NCBI GenBank assembly: GCA_965203805.1
Contig: OZ241917.1
Span: forward strand, 448,001 to 512,000
Direction: 5' to 3'
Origin: Candidatus Latescibacterota bacterium
GTDB lineage: Bacteria; Latescibacterota; UBA2968; GCA-2709665
Length of the DNA: 64,000 nt
Shown here: positions 1-10,139 of the stretch, piece after piece
How the letters are laid out: each line of letters begins with the position of its first letter
Numbering within the stretch: position 1 is the first letter of the stretch
Position numbers and translations under genes: made by a program
The notes under the pieces: generated by a model
What the model was told of the DNA's origin: nothing
What the model saw: the letters and a program-made list of their open reading frames with translations, nothing else
The model's database searches: none

Positions 1-13
1 TTTCAAGTGCAGT

Positions 14-1219
14 TTGAAAGGTATTCGCGCACCTGAGGAAACTCAAAGGAGCAGATCGTTTCTCTACACAAGTATCGCTTTTGCATTGGCTTATGCATAT
101 AAACAGAGTCGGTTCTATGTGTACGAAAATGGCGTCACGAGCATCAATTTTTCTCGGCGGGAAGACCTTGCTAATGCACGGTCAAGCAGAACAACACATC
201 CTCAAACGATAGCTCTACTTCAAGATTTCTTCTCACTATTCTCGGATGAAACCGTCAGTATTGAGATTCCCTTTCTCTGGAAAACCAAAACGGAAGTATT
301 CGAGTCCATCAAAGCGAGTGGACATGCTGAACTTATTCCAAGTGCTGTATCGTGCAACAAGACCTTTCAAGGCATGGTGCAGACCACACATTGCGGGCAG
401 TGTTTCCAGTGTGTCGACCGACGGATAGCAGCATACGCGTCTGGGTCTGAAGGCTTTGACGAATCAGGGACATATGCTGCCAATTTCATTTCGGAAACCA
501 TGGTCTGTGGCGAGACGAGAACGACGGTGGTTGACTATTTGCGCCAAGCTCGAAATTTCGCCAATTGGAATGTTGATTGCTTTTATGAGAAGATGATGAA
601 CGGTCTTTCGGAGTTGATAGATTCGATACCTAATTGCAATGATGAGATAGAGGTTGTAGAACGAGTTTGGGATTTGTGCAACAGGCATGGAAAACAGGTA
701 TTTAATGCCATTAAGCGAATGAGAGATATCCATGATGATTTGCATCAGCCGATAGAGGATGATTCATTACTTAAGACAGTCGATGAACGAGAATATCTAA
801 AGGAGCCGATCGATCGGTTGGTTGCTGCAATAATCGAAAAGGTCTCAGATGCGATTCCTTCTATGTTTCGTCTGAATCAGCCAAAAAATGAGAATGACCT
901 TAACACGAAAGTTCACGCGCTTCTTAAGACACATCGACCTGATTTAAGGCGTGAACATCCCGAAGTTTCTTTCGCAGGTGCTCAAGTCGTTCCTGACCAC
1001 GGGATCGGCTCTTTTTTGCTGGTTGAATCAAAATACATCCGTGACAGTACAACTCCGAGCGTTGCGACCGACGGGATGGCAGCGGATATTACGAAATATC
1101 CCGCGGATTTGCACATTTTGTTTCTCGTCTATGATCCCACGCGTCGGATTGTTGATGATCAAGAGTTCAAGAACGCCTTTGAAAAAACGGGCCGCTGCAC
1201 TGTCTGTATACTTCGTTGA
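14..1219 (+). CDS. QueC-family (QatC/Cap9-like PP-loop) protein, 5' end probably outside window, with C-terminal PD-(D/E)XK nuclease-like domain
   Basis: RSRSFLY, YENGV, SSRTTHP, PFLWKTK, SC...HCGQCFQCVDRR match defence-associated QueC proteins; C-terminal PDH...LLVESK...LFLVYD resembles a restriction-endonuclease fold. Confidence 0.75.
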   Translation: MKGIRAPEETQRSRSFLYTSIAFALAYAYKQSRFYVYENGVTSINFSRREDLANARSSRTTHPQTIALLQDFFSLFSDETVSIEIPFLWKTKTEVFESIKASGHAELIPSAVSCNKTFQGMVQTTHCGQCFQCVDRRIAAYASGSEGFDESGTYAANFISETMVCGETRTTVVDYLRQARNFANWNVDCFYEKMMNGLSELIDSIPNCNDEIEVVERVWDLCNRHGKQVFNAIKRMRDIHDDLHQPIEDDSLLKTVDEREYLKEPIDRLVAAIIEKVSDAIPSMFRLNQPKNENDLNTKVHALLKTHRPDLRREHPEVSFAGAQVVPDHGIGSFLLVESKYIRDSTTPSVATDGMAADITKYPADLHILFLVYDPTRRIVDDQEFKNAFEKTGRCTVCILR

Positions 1220-1287
1220 GGAGAATCGTAGAGTTAGGCCCTTCGATTGGCGTACGGTCACATTGCGATAGCCTCACGGGACGCATT

Positions 1288-1567
1288 GAAGCGGTTGGCG
1301 GCTGCATAGGGATTACCATTCAGGCCGATCGTAGAAAAGGTAAAGGACAACGAACCGCAAAAGCTGCAGCAGAACAGGTACCATCAGTGCAGGAACCTCG
1401 ACGGTGTATTCGCAATCGACGGCTCTGTCCCGGGAGGTGCGGTTCTTCTGGTCGACGACGTCGTCGACTCCGGATGGACGTTGACTGTCATCGCAGCGTT
1501 GCTTCGAATGGCCGGCAGCGGTCCCGTGTGGCCACTGGCTCTGTCGACGACAAGAATGGCAGCTTGA
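1288..1567 (+). pseudogene. recQ: 3' fragment of recQ-PRTase gene (PRTase tail only)
   Basis: Aligns by eye to 13585-13864 (offset 12297); encodes QKLQQNRYHQCRNLDG...VLLVDDVVDSGWT; no start or helicase domain. Confidence 0.9.
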
Positions 1568-2470
1568 GATGAAACTGGATTCCCATACTCAGGTGGTGGT
1601 GCTTCTCACGGTTACGTTTGGAAGATCGGAAGGGGCGACGGCGAAACCACTTTCGCCGAGAGAGTGGGCCCGGCTCGCGGCCTGGCTAAGGGATCGCAAG
1701 CTGGATGCGTCGGCCTTGTTGAAGGGTGAATTGAAGAACGAGCTCTCAGGTTGGATGGATCGTTCGATTTCGCTGGCCAGACTCGAGAGCCTGATGGATC
1801 GTGGTGGGGCGTTCGGCCTGTCGCTCGAGAGATGGCAGCGTGCGGGTCTATGGGTCGTTGCTCAATCCGATCCGGAGTATCCGGTACAATTGAAACGCCG
1901 GCTTCGGCTGGAATCACCCCCCGTGCTGTTCGGCTGCGGAAACAAGATGCTGCTTCCGCGCGGCGGCATCGCTGTCGTCGGCTCCCGAAATGCCGGCCGA
2001 ACCGATCTCACTTTCGCGGAGAGACTGGGCGCCGCCGCCGCCCGGCAGGGCTTCTCGATCGTATCGGGCGGAGCCCGCGGGGTCGACCAGAGCGCAATGT
2101 TGGGCACACTGGAGAACGAAGGCACCGGAGTCGGCGTTCTGGCAGACAATTTGATACGGGCGGCGACGTCGGCAAAATACCGCAAGTTTCTTGTTTCACG
2201 CGATTTGGTGCTGGTAACCCCGTTCAATCCGGAAGCGGGATTCAACGTCGGCAACGCGATGCGCCGAAACCGGTATATCTATTGCCTGTCCGAAGCTGGT
2301 ATCGTGGTCAGCAGCACGCCGAACCGGGGGGGCACCTGGAATGGCGCACTCGAAAACCTGAAAGCCGCCTGGGTTCCCCTTTGGGTCAAACGCACGGATG
2401 ACAGGAAGTCAGGCAATGCAAGTCTTGTCGAGAGGGGCGCGCGGTGGATTCCTGACGAACTAGTACTTAC

Positions 2471-2499
2471 TTGACAAAAAAAGCGAAATAATATATCTT
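2471..2499 (+). promoter_or_regulatory. sigma70-like promoter of the IS630 transposase
   Basis: TTGACA-N17-TATCTT. Confidence 0.55.
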
Positions 2500-2530
2500 G
2501 TGCTCATAGGGAATCGATCTCAGTTCAACT

Positions 2531-3616
2531 GTGGAGAGGAGACCGCCTATGAGCCGCCCCGCCGTGTTGATCACGTTGCGTGACGAGGAAAAAGAGACGC
2601 TGTTGAGTTGGACACGTTCAGGCAAGACGCAACACCGTTATGTGCTGCGCGCCCGGATTGTTCTTTCAGCGTCCCAGGGCGATGCGAACCGGGACATCGC
2701 CAGGGATCTGGGAACGCGCGAGGCCACGGTGTGCAAGTGGCGCCGGCGCTTTCACGAGTCGGGTCTTTCCGGGTTGCAGGACAAGGCGAGATCGGGCAAG
2801 CCTGCCAAGTACGACCAGTCAAGCGAAAAGCGCATTTTGGAGGCCTTGGACGATGCCCCGCCCAAGGGCTATGGAAACTGGACCGGTCCGTTGTTGGCCG
2901 ACAAGCTGGGAATTTCTGTCCACTATGTCTGGCAGGTCTTGCGCAACCACGGCATTTCGCTGGCCAGAAGGCGCAGCTGGTGTATCAGCACCGATCCGGA
3001 ATTTGCCACCAAGGCCGCAGCCATCGTGGGGTTGTATCTGGAACCTCCCAAAAATGCGATTGTCTTGTGCGTCGACGAAAAGCCCGCGATTCAGGCGTTG
3101 GAAAGGGTACAGGGATGGCTCAAGCTGCCCAACGGCAAGGCCGTAACCGGCTTTAACCACGAATACAAGAGAAACGGCACCACCACGTTATTCGCTGCAT
3201 TGAACGTCGCCACCGGCCTCGTCAAGGCCGGGCATTACAAAAGGCGCAAACGACGCCAGTTTCTGAGCTTTATGAACGAACTTGTCGCCGAATACCCCGA
3301 TCAGGAACTCCACATCATCCTCGACAACCTGAACACCCACAAGCCCAAGAATGACCGCTGGCTGCCGCGCCATCCCAATGTCCACTTCTACTACACCCCC
3401 ACCCACGCATCCTGGCTCAACCAGATCGAAATCTGGTTCAGCATCCTGTGGAGAAGCGCGCTCAAAGGCGGCTCCTTCACCTCGATTCGAGACTTACGCA
3501 CCGCCATCAATCACTTCATTGACGCCTACAACGAGAACGCACATCCCTTCGAGTGGAAATCCACAAAAGTCCGACCCAAAGCCCTTGAAGAAAAATACTC
3601 TAATTTAACCAATTAA
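2531..3616 (+). CDS. IS630 transposase (HTH plus DDE)
   Basis: VLCVDEK, HEYKRNGT, IILDNLNTH, WLNQIEIWF; likely ATG start at 2549. Confidence 0.95.
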   Translation: MERRPPMSRPAVLITLRDEEKETLLSWTRSGKTQHRYVLRARIVLSASQGDANRDIARDLGTREATVCKWRRRFHESGLSGLQDKARSGKPAKYDQSSEKRILEALDDAPPKGYGNWTGPLLADKLGISVHYVWQVLRNHGISLARRRSWCISTDPEFATKAAAIVGLYLEPPKNAIVLCVDEKPAIQALERVQGWLKLPNGKAVTGFNHEYKRNGTTTLFAALNVATGLVKAGHYKRRKRRQFLSFMNELVAEYPDQELHIILDNLNTHKPKNDRWLPRHPNVHFYYTPTHASWLNQIEIWFSILWRSALKGGSFTSIRDLRTAINHFIDAYNENAHPFEWKSTKVRPKALEEKYSNLTN

Positions 3617-4014
3617 GTACTAGAGTCGCTCGACGACTTAATGCGCGATTCGACGTCCGGATCCAGTGAGGCGTCTCGGGCCGAACTCCCTCTTTTCACG
3701 CCTGAGGTTGATAATCCGATAGTTCGGGATACAAGTGCGAAGGTCTCCGATACATCGGGATTGGAACCAGGATCGTTCGGCAGGGCAGGACATACCATCA
3801 AACCCGATCAGCCTGTCTCCAGCGGAGAAGCTGACGGCGAGCGCACACGCTGATTTGTAACCTCCGACCCGCGAGATTGCCTCGCCTTGCTGCTTCCATG
3901 TTGTTTTCCGAAAAACACAAATCTGGCTCATACTGCACTTGACTTGAACTGGAGTATGTTACAAATGCCGGTGCCTATGCAACCGTACAACTTCCACAAA
4001 CCCCAGGAGGAACA

Positions 4015-4791
4015 ATGGGAAATCCGGTCGTCCACTTTCAAATCGCAGGCCCCGACGGTCCCGCCTTGCAGCAGTTCTACCGGGACCTCTTCGGATGGAA
4101 TGTGCACACGCAGGGCGAGGAGATGGGCAATTACGGTCTGGTGCAGACCAACGAAGGCGGCATTGGCGGCGGTATCATGGAAACCACCGAGGACATGCCT
4201 GCCGGCAACTATGTGACGTTCTACATCCAGGTCGACGACCTCCAGGCAGCCCTGGACAAGCTTTCCGGATTGGGTGGAGCCACCGTGATGCCGCCGATGG
4301 AGATTGCGCCCGGCATGGGTTCCATTGCCATGTTCACGGACCCGGCTCACAACACGATTGGACTTTATTCGTTGCCTGCCGAATGGGACGGCGAGGTGCC
4401 GCCGAAGGGCAATGCCCCACCTGTTGTGCACTTCGAGGTCGGGGGAAAAGACGCGGAAGCGCTTAACGACTTCTACACTGAGATGTTCGGCTGGAAGACC
4501 ACGCTTATGGAAGAGATGAACTACCGCCTCGTGGAGCAAGAGCCGGAGGGCATCGACGGCGGCATGTTCCAGCACAGGGATAATATGCCGCCCAACGCCC
4601 CTTCGGTTGCTGTAATGGTCGACGATTTGCAGGCATATCTTGACAAGGCGGTGAGTCTTGGCGCAACGGCCCTGATGCAACCAAACGAGATTCCCGGCGG
4701 CTTCGGTTCGCTCGCGATCTTCAACGACATCGCAGGCAACCGAATTTCCCTTTTCAAGTCACCGGAGGATCCCACCGGCCCGCAAGACTGA
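4015..4791 (+). CDS. Two-domain VOC/glyoxalase-family protein
   Basis: Duplicated PVVHF...FY..FGW...GI.GG...VDDLQA.LDK...LG module; GGAGG RBS. Confidence 0.9.
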   Translation: MGNPVVHFQIAGPDGPALQQFYRDLFGWNVHTQGEEMGNYGLVQTNEGGIGGGIMETTEDMPAGNYVTFYIQVDDLQAALDKLSGLGGATVMPPMEIAPGMGSIAMFTDPAHNTIGLYSLPAEWDGEVPPKGNAPPVVHFEVGGKDAEALNDFYTEMFGWKTTLMEEMNYRLVEQEPEGIDGGMFQHRDNMPPNAPSVAVMVDDLQAYLDKAVSLGATALMQPNEIPGGFGSLAIFNDIAGNRISLFKSPEDPTGPQD

Positions 4792-4828
4792 CAGTTTACC
4801 GGCATCACCGGGAAATAACCGATCGACG

Positions 4829-4919
4829 TCACTCTCCCGTGTATCCCTTTGATGCCCAGACCTTTCGGGCGAGCTTTTTGGGTTCGGCGGACGGTTCTAT
4901 GTCGCCGCGGATGCTGGAG
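4829..4919 (-). repeat. Diverged copy of the last ~30 codons of the oxidoreductase at 14982-16241
   Basis: SSIRGDIEPSAEPKKLARKVWASKGYTGE* versus SSILGDIEPSAEARELARKVWASKGYTGE*. Confidence 0.9.
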
Positions 4920-4945
4920 TGTATCGGTAACGAAATCTGCCGCTG

Positions 4946-5449
4946 ATGGAGGCAAGGAGGACGATCTTCAACCTTGTGGCTACGTACAACGACTTTGAGC
5001 ACAAATTCGCCGCGTTCCTGGGTCGAGCTGGAGATGTCGCGCGCTTCGCGTCGCTCGTTACCACGGAACAAGAGAATTCCGGCTCCACATTCAGGATCGA
5101 CTATCCGAAGAAGAGTGGGGCAATCGGCCACTATTTTCCGGATTGGGTGGTTGTCCAGAAGGTCGACGGCGGCGAAGTCAGTTGGATTGTGAAGACCAGG
5201 GGCCGAGAGTGGTCAGGCACTGGCGCGAAGGACGCAGCGGCACGGGATTGGTGTAAGCGGGTAAGCGAAGCCACTGGAAGGGCTTGGAAATACACGAGGA
5301 TCAACCAGTCGGAGTTTTCCGACGAGTACCCGACTTTCGGCGCGTTGCTGTGGAAAAAAGCACTTACAACATCGGGCGAACGCCAGCGGGAGATGGGGCA
5401 GGTGACGCAGGAAGATATCCGCCGATGGAAAGAAGGAGGGCGGGGCTGA
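4946..5449 (+). pseudogene. C-terminal nuclease fragment of a type III restriction (Res-like) enzyme with an antitoxin-like tail
   Basis: FRIDY...YFPDWVV...WIVKTRGRE (family consensus ETKG), KDAAARDWC, WKY; helicase part missing. Confidence 0.75.
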
Positions 5450-5882
5450 TGGCCACCGTTATCGACGCGTCGGTGATGGAGCGCCGCTACTTCGCGATGA
5501 GGCATATATTGACTTTGCCCGGGTGATACTGGAACAGCTGAATAACGAAGAGCGCATCACGTCGACGATTTTCTGGTACGAGATTCGAAATGTCTTGCTC
5601 AACGCGAAGCGCTCCAAGCGGATCGACGAGCGGCATTTCGATACCTGTCTGATTCAACTGACCGACGGGTTTTCATTGTGCGAGGACACGGAACGCAACG
5701 AAGCCGTAGTCCTGGAACTCGCGCAACGACACACCCTGACCGTATACGACGCGAGCTATCTCGAGACCGCTACCCGGCGCAAGGCCAGTTTGGCGACGTT
5801 CGACCAGAAACTCGCAAACGCTGCATTTAACGAGGAAATCGAGAATCCGGCGGTGGAGTTGGGGGCGGTGAGTGTGGGATGA
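5449..5882 (+). pseudogene. vapC: VapC/PIN toxin with a 1-nt frameshift near 5478
   Basis: MATVIDASVM joins GAPLLRDEAYIDFARVILEQL...WYEIRNVL...LTVYDASYL...LATFD if one G is added; TGATG overlap with upstream ORF. Confidence 0.85.
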
Positions 5883-6092
5883 GCGGCGGGCTTCGAGACG
5901 GGTCCCCCTTGGTTTTTGTGGAAGTCTCCCCGCGTTGTCCGGCTAGGCCAAGTTCCGATGCAAGATTGCATAACTAAATCTGTAGAATTGGTTTCGTAGC
6001 CGCATACGAACGAAATTTGCGAATTGGCAGAATTACCATAGTCTCACGACGGGCTGAATCACTTCTAAACGATGTGTGCGGAATAACGGTGA

Positions 6093-6743
6093 ATGATCAT
6101 TAGACCACCGAAAGATTATAGCAAACGGATGCAGGTCACGCTTAAGCGACTTGAACGATGGTCGCTAGACTATGGTATTAGTCTCGAGCATATACCGAAA
6201 CAAGAAGCGACAAAGACAGCGGATTTCAGAGCAATCTTTCCAGATTCTGAGAGAACCAACGTGATAATTGAAGTTAAGGAAATAGCAATACCGTTCGAGA
6301 TCAACAAGGAAGAGGTTATCGAGGTTTGCGAATCGGGACCGCCTGACGGAAGGTTTCAGTCAGCCGATGCGGTACGGCGGAAGATAAGAGCCGCAAGAGA
6401 CCAATTAAAGCCGTACGCGGACACCGGTTGTCCCACCCTTCTGCTTCTTGGCATGTGGACCCCGGCACTTGATGTCAGGTTGGGTTGGGATATTCCGATT
6501 GCAATGCTTGGAGGTGGTCCTCGGATTTCGCTTAACGTATATGGATTGCCAATGTACGAAATCGTCTCAACTGCAAGAGGCGGTCGACAGGCCGCTGACA
6601 ACACCAATCGATCAATTTCAGCCGTGGGACGATTTGAACGCGGCAAACCTAACGTATTTCCAGAGACCTTGGTCGTATATCGACATAACAATCCTCGCGT
6701 CCAATTGGATGTGGATCTCCCAGGCATTCAGTACGTAATGTAG
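6093..6743 (+). CDS. Hypothetical PD-(D/E)XK nuclease-like protein
   Basis: KTADF...VIIEVKEI...KIRAARDQLK pattern; lower GC than backbone. Confidence 0.55.
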   Translation: MIIRPPKDYSKRMQVTLKRLERWSLDYGISLEHIPKQEATKTADFRAIFPDSERTNVIIEVKEIAIPFEINKEEVIEVCESGPPDGRFQSADAVRRKIRAARDQLKPYADTGCPTLLLLGMWTPALDVRLGWDIPIAMLGGGPRISLNVYGLPMYEIVSTARGGRQAADNTNRSISAVGRFERGKPNVFPETLVVYRHNNPRVQLDVDLPGIQYVM

Positions 6744-7004
6744 ATGTCGGAACATGTCATTTGTCTTTGGGGCCCGCTCTGTGTCACGGATCGACCGCAA
6801 GATGGGTGGAAAGGTGCTTGATTTCCTAAAGCGTTCACATCTTGTGGCCGGCTAAAGGATACGTCGGTCTCGACATTTCCGTGCTGTAGACGTCCTATCA
6901 TTTGGGAAAGAAAACTTCGGAATTTGCGAAAAAATTCGATAAGAGTTTAAAGCTACCCTATCTATGTTTTCTCCCACGGCTGTGTGCAGAATTCGGTGGC
7001 GACG

Positions 7005-7300
7005 GGAAGGGGACTCAATGGTCAAGACCAATATGATGTGAAATTAAGGTGGGTTTGATTTATGCTTTCGAAAGGGTTCTCCCTTTTGATATAGAGGTCA
7101 GCGGGTAGTCGGTCTTCCAGCCCCTGGCGTCGGCGTTTCTGGTTGTACAAGACGAAGTAGACAGAGAGTCGTTGGTACAGCAGGGGTATGGTTTCGTAGC
7201 TTTTAACGTAATGGTCTACGTACTTGAGTGAGCGCCAGAGCCGTTCAATGAAGACGTTGTCCAGGGCAGGTCTGCGTCCGTCTATGCTGATGAGGATGGC
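7005..7300 (-). mobile_element. IS3-family remnant (transposase C-terminus and right end)
   Basis: Minus strand reads ILISIDGRRPALDNVFIERLWRSLKYVDHYVKSYET...YNQKRRRQGLEDRLPADLY; absent from ORF track because it lacks a start codon. Confidence 0.8.
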
Positions 7301-7305
7301 AGGGC

Positions 7306-8310
7306 ATGATTACGAAAGCAGGCGCACAAGAGATGATGCGATTCCTCCCAGGTGCACGGTTGACAGATTGTGTAATTTGCGGTCACTGCCGTACGTGTGT
7401 CTTTGAGCTGCCAAAAGCAAATCTTGTGGCAAAAGGACATTTGCAGCCATCCGTGATAATGAACGCGTCGGGAGCGAGGGCAACGGTGGTGTCCGACTTG
7501 CCGGGATATTTTCAGCAAGAGAGTCCGTTTCGCCATTATGCGATTTGCTGCTCACTGAGATCAAAGATCGACGACGCACTTGAGAAGTGCGCCATTGGGT
7601 CAGACGCAAACCGGTTCCCCTTATTCGTGGTATTGGAACAGGAGAAGCCATGTAATACGCGGATGGAGAAGGGCACGTGTTTCGTCGTCGATCAGGAGAT
7701 GATTGTTGGTGGGCGCGCGGGAGACGAGACGATTGTCGTGTGCCAGGTCAGCAACGCACCATGGCCTCAGGTGAACGATAGCTGCACTGAGTTCGTCAAT
7801 ACCGTCCTTGCTGCAGTCAAGATCGTACAGGACGAAACAGAAGTCATTCGTGAGGTCGCGGAAGCATCCTGCTTTTTTAACGAACTCAGCCAGGCGGTTT
7901 ATCCGACGACCGTGACAGCGAATATGAATCTTTCGGTTTCCTCGCCTCTGACAGAGTCGGAAGTAAACGAGAAAGTCGTTCGAATGCAGACGTTGGTTGG
8001 CGCCTTCGAAGCGAACCGGGGAGAGCACGGCGATAACATCGCCAATCTCGTTGACGTGCTTCGGTTGGAAAAAATCGAAAACGATCATTATCGCCGCGCG
8101 TGGTATCTGGTTTTGTTCGAAGCAATTGAAGCGATCCTCTCAGGTAGATACAAACAAGAGTTTCATCAACGACATCGGGGGTATAGAAAGACAATCGGGC
8201 ATCCGAAGCCGCATACGAAGATGGATATGGATGAATTTCGGAAGTTGCAGCGCGATGCTTTTGCCGAACTCCGCAGAATTTACCTGGGAGACTTAGGGAA
8301 GTCAGGATAA
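7306..8310 (+). CDS. Hypothetical protein with C-terminal HEPN-like region
   Basis: YLVLFEAIE followed by YRKTIGH (R-x4-H); start uncertain because it abuts the IS3 remnant. Confidence 0.5.
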   Translation: MITKAGAQEMMRFLPGARLTDCVICGHCRTCVFELPKANLVAKGHLQPSVIMNASGARATVVSDLPGYFQQESPFRHYAICCSLRSKIDDALEKCAIGSDANRFPLFVVLEQEKPCNTRMEKGTCFVVDQEMIVGGRAGDETIVVCQVSNAPWPQVNDSCTEFVNTVLAAVKIVQDETEVIREVAEASCFFNELSQAVYPTTVTANMNLSVSSPLTESEVNEKVVRMQTLVGAFEANRGEHGDNIANLVDVLRLEKIENDHYRRAWYLVLFEAIEAILSGRYKQEFHQRHRGYRKTIGHPKPHTKMDMDEFRKLQRDAFAELRRIYLGDLGKSG

Positions 8311-8740
8311 ATACACACGCTGTTCCGATAGTCGCGGATATGGTCTAGCGGGCATCCGCTCGCCCGTGGGTTTTCTGCTTCCCAGTTCCAGCCGATGCGT
8401 AGCCTTTGCCGGCCACGGCAGATCCGTCGCAATCTAAACGGGGATGGGGCTTCAGGGCGGTACCCCGGACTTAGTACGATGTCGCCGGCTTGCCTGCACT
8501 GTCGACCGACCCTGCCAAGTGCCGTGATGTTTTGTTCGTCTCCATGTGTCCTACGTGTAACAGGTTGACCCCGATTGGCGCCGACCGCAACCCTACCGTA
8601 CTCGCAGTTCTCCCGACGGACCTGCGGACAATATTCAGTGACCATTTGCAACCCGTGCCTGGGTTCAGAGCCATTTCGATAGGGTCAATAAGCATATTTG
8701 AAATGACACTTATTCGAATATAAGTCGAGGAGGTTCAATT

Positions 8741-9736
8741 GTGGCTAAGATAAGTCACTTTCCCCGCTATTCTCAAAAGGAGAACATCGTTACAAACAAT
8801 ACCATGCTCTTGATGAGCAGGGTCTATGACTACAACCGCTTGAAGTTCGGTAGATTGTTGAGAGAACTTGATGAACGCATGATTGATATCGCTGACAGAT
8901 TGCACCTCCAATTCATTCAGCAAAAGGGGACGGGTGCAAGTGTCGTAGATGGACTAATCGTTCAGGAAGGTGTGACGATCATCATTGAGACGAAGCTTGA
9001 AGACCGCGGCTTCTCCCGTGACCAGCTTGAACGCCATTTATCGTTGTGTGGCGAAAAAACGCACCGCATTTTGATACTCTTGAGTCCAGGTCCCGAAGGG
9101 CCATTGGGATTAGTCGACCATTTCAATTCTAAAAAGATCCCGACGATACACACGACCTTCCAGCAGTTGATTAATGCGGCAACGGAATGTCTGTCTGCTC
9201 ACGATGAAGACATGCGTGCTGTGCTTGAGGATTTCACGGCATTTTGCAGTACGGAAAAGCTTCTTCCTCGTGACAAATTTACGATGTTCACGCCTCCGTG
9301 TGGGCAGTCTTTCGACGAGAATATTGAATACATGCTTTATTACTGCCCCCGATCTTGGAACCGAAGAGCCAGCAAATATCTCGGCATCTACTCCAAGAAA
9401 TCCATCCGGAGCATTGGACGAATCTCGAAGATCGTGGATTGCAAGATCGATACGGAAAAGGAAAAGGTGGTAGCGTGTGAACCCGACATATCTGAGTTAG
9501 AACGCGAGCGTATCGTCGGTGCGACAAAGGCTGCTTTCGAAATGCGGGGCTGGAACATCAGTGATCAACACAAGTTTTACCTGTGCGACAAAATGGTCGA
9601 GACGAATTTTGAGAAGACTTCCCCGGGCGGGATTCAAGGTCACCGCTACTTTGATCTCGGCGAGGTGCTTCATAAAGAGCAGTTGCCGAGCATTGAAACA
9701 ATTGGGGAACTTTTGAAAGGCCAAACGTGGGAGTAG
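8741..9736 (+). CDS. PD-(D/E)XK nuclease-family protein
   Basis: ENIVTN...VVDGLI...IIIETK...QLERH; strong GAGGAGG RBS. Confidence 0.65.
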   Translation: MAKISHFPRYSQKENIVTNNTMLLMSRVYDYNRLKFGRLLRELDERMIDIADRLHLQFIQQKGTGASVVDGLIVQEGVTIIIETKLEDRGFSRDQLERHLSLCGEKTHRILILLSPGPEGPLGLVDHFNSKKIPTIHTTFQQLINAATECLSAHDEDMRAVLEDFTAFCSTEKLLPRDKFTMFTPPCGQSFDENIEYMLYYCPRSWNRRASKYLGIYSKKSIRSIGRISKIVDCKIDTEKEKVVACEPDISELERERIVGATKAAFEMRGWNISDQHKFYLCDKMVETNFEKTSPGGIQGHRYFDLGEVLHKEQLPSIETIGELLKGQTWE

Positions 9737-10041
9737 CTGTGATTGGGTCGAAGATGCCTTATGAATTTGCCACACTCTGAATACAGCGTTCCAGTGACGC
9801 GTTCTACCGAATAGGCTAGTTTGCGGAACCTTATCGAAATTTGCGAGAGGCCGTTCTAAGGGGTCGATAAGAGCAAGGCCAGAATTCCGTCTCGGCCGCT
9901 GAGGTATTACCAGAGCACTGACTACAAACGAACGACCTAATATGTTCGGTTCGTATTGTGCCTTATATTCCTGTGGACGTGCTCTGGCTGGCGCGTTTTT
10001 CGTCGAACTGGACCGAGACGTGACTTGGGTAGGATTAAATA

Positions 10042-10126
10042 TCTCCCGTGTATCCCTTTAACGCCCAGATCTTTCGGGCGAGTTTTTTTGCATCATCGGA
10101 TGGTCCAATTTCGCCGAGGATGCTGT
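10042..10126 (-). repeat. Second diverged copy of the oxidoreductase 3' end
   Basis: TCTCCCGTGTATCCCTTT...CTTTCGGGCGAG...TCGCCGAGGATGCTG, closer to the 4829 copy than to the intact gene. Confidence 0.85.
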
Positions 10127-10139
10127 TGGGCGACGGTCG

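Larger units (their letters stand above)
2463..3620 (+). mobile_element. IS630-family insertion sequence, apparently intact
   Basis: Ends GTACTTACTTG / CAATTAAGTAC (10 of 11 inverted match); TA duplicated at 2461-2462 and 3621-3622 within a CTAG target. Confidence 0.92.
1569..3853 (+). pseudogene. dprA: DprA/SMF-family gene copy 1, interrupted near its 3' end by IS630 (1569-2462 plus 3623-3853)
   Basis: VVGSR, VSGGARGVD, RNRYIY and GGTW motifs; removing the IS restores WIPDELESLDDLMRDSTSG, colinear with WIPDKLETLENLIRDSTSG of the 13866 copy. Confidence 0.9.

Noticed and set aside
1216-1572. 118-aa ORF as a real gene
   Set aside because: It is an alternative frame over the recQ 3' remnant
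6976-6996. GGCTGTGTGCAGAATT as an IS end
   Set aside because: No partner end or matching transposase found
8310-8730. Short ORFs between the HEPN-like and nuclease genes
   Set aside because: No clear RBS or motif in any frame
4000-10100. Integron cassette array
   Set aside because: No attC-type RYYYAAC/GTTRRRY hairpins seen after the ORFs and no intI
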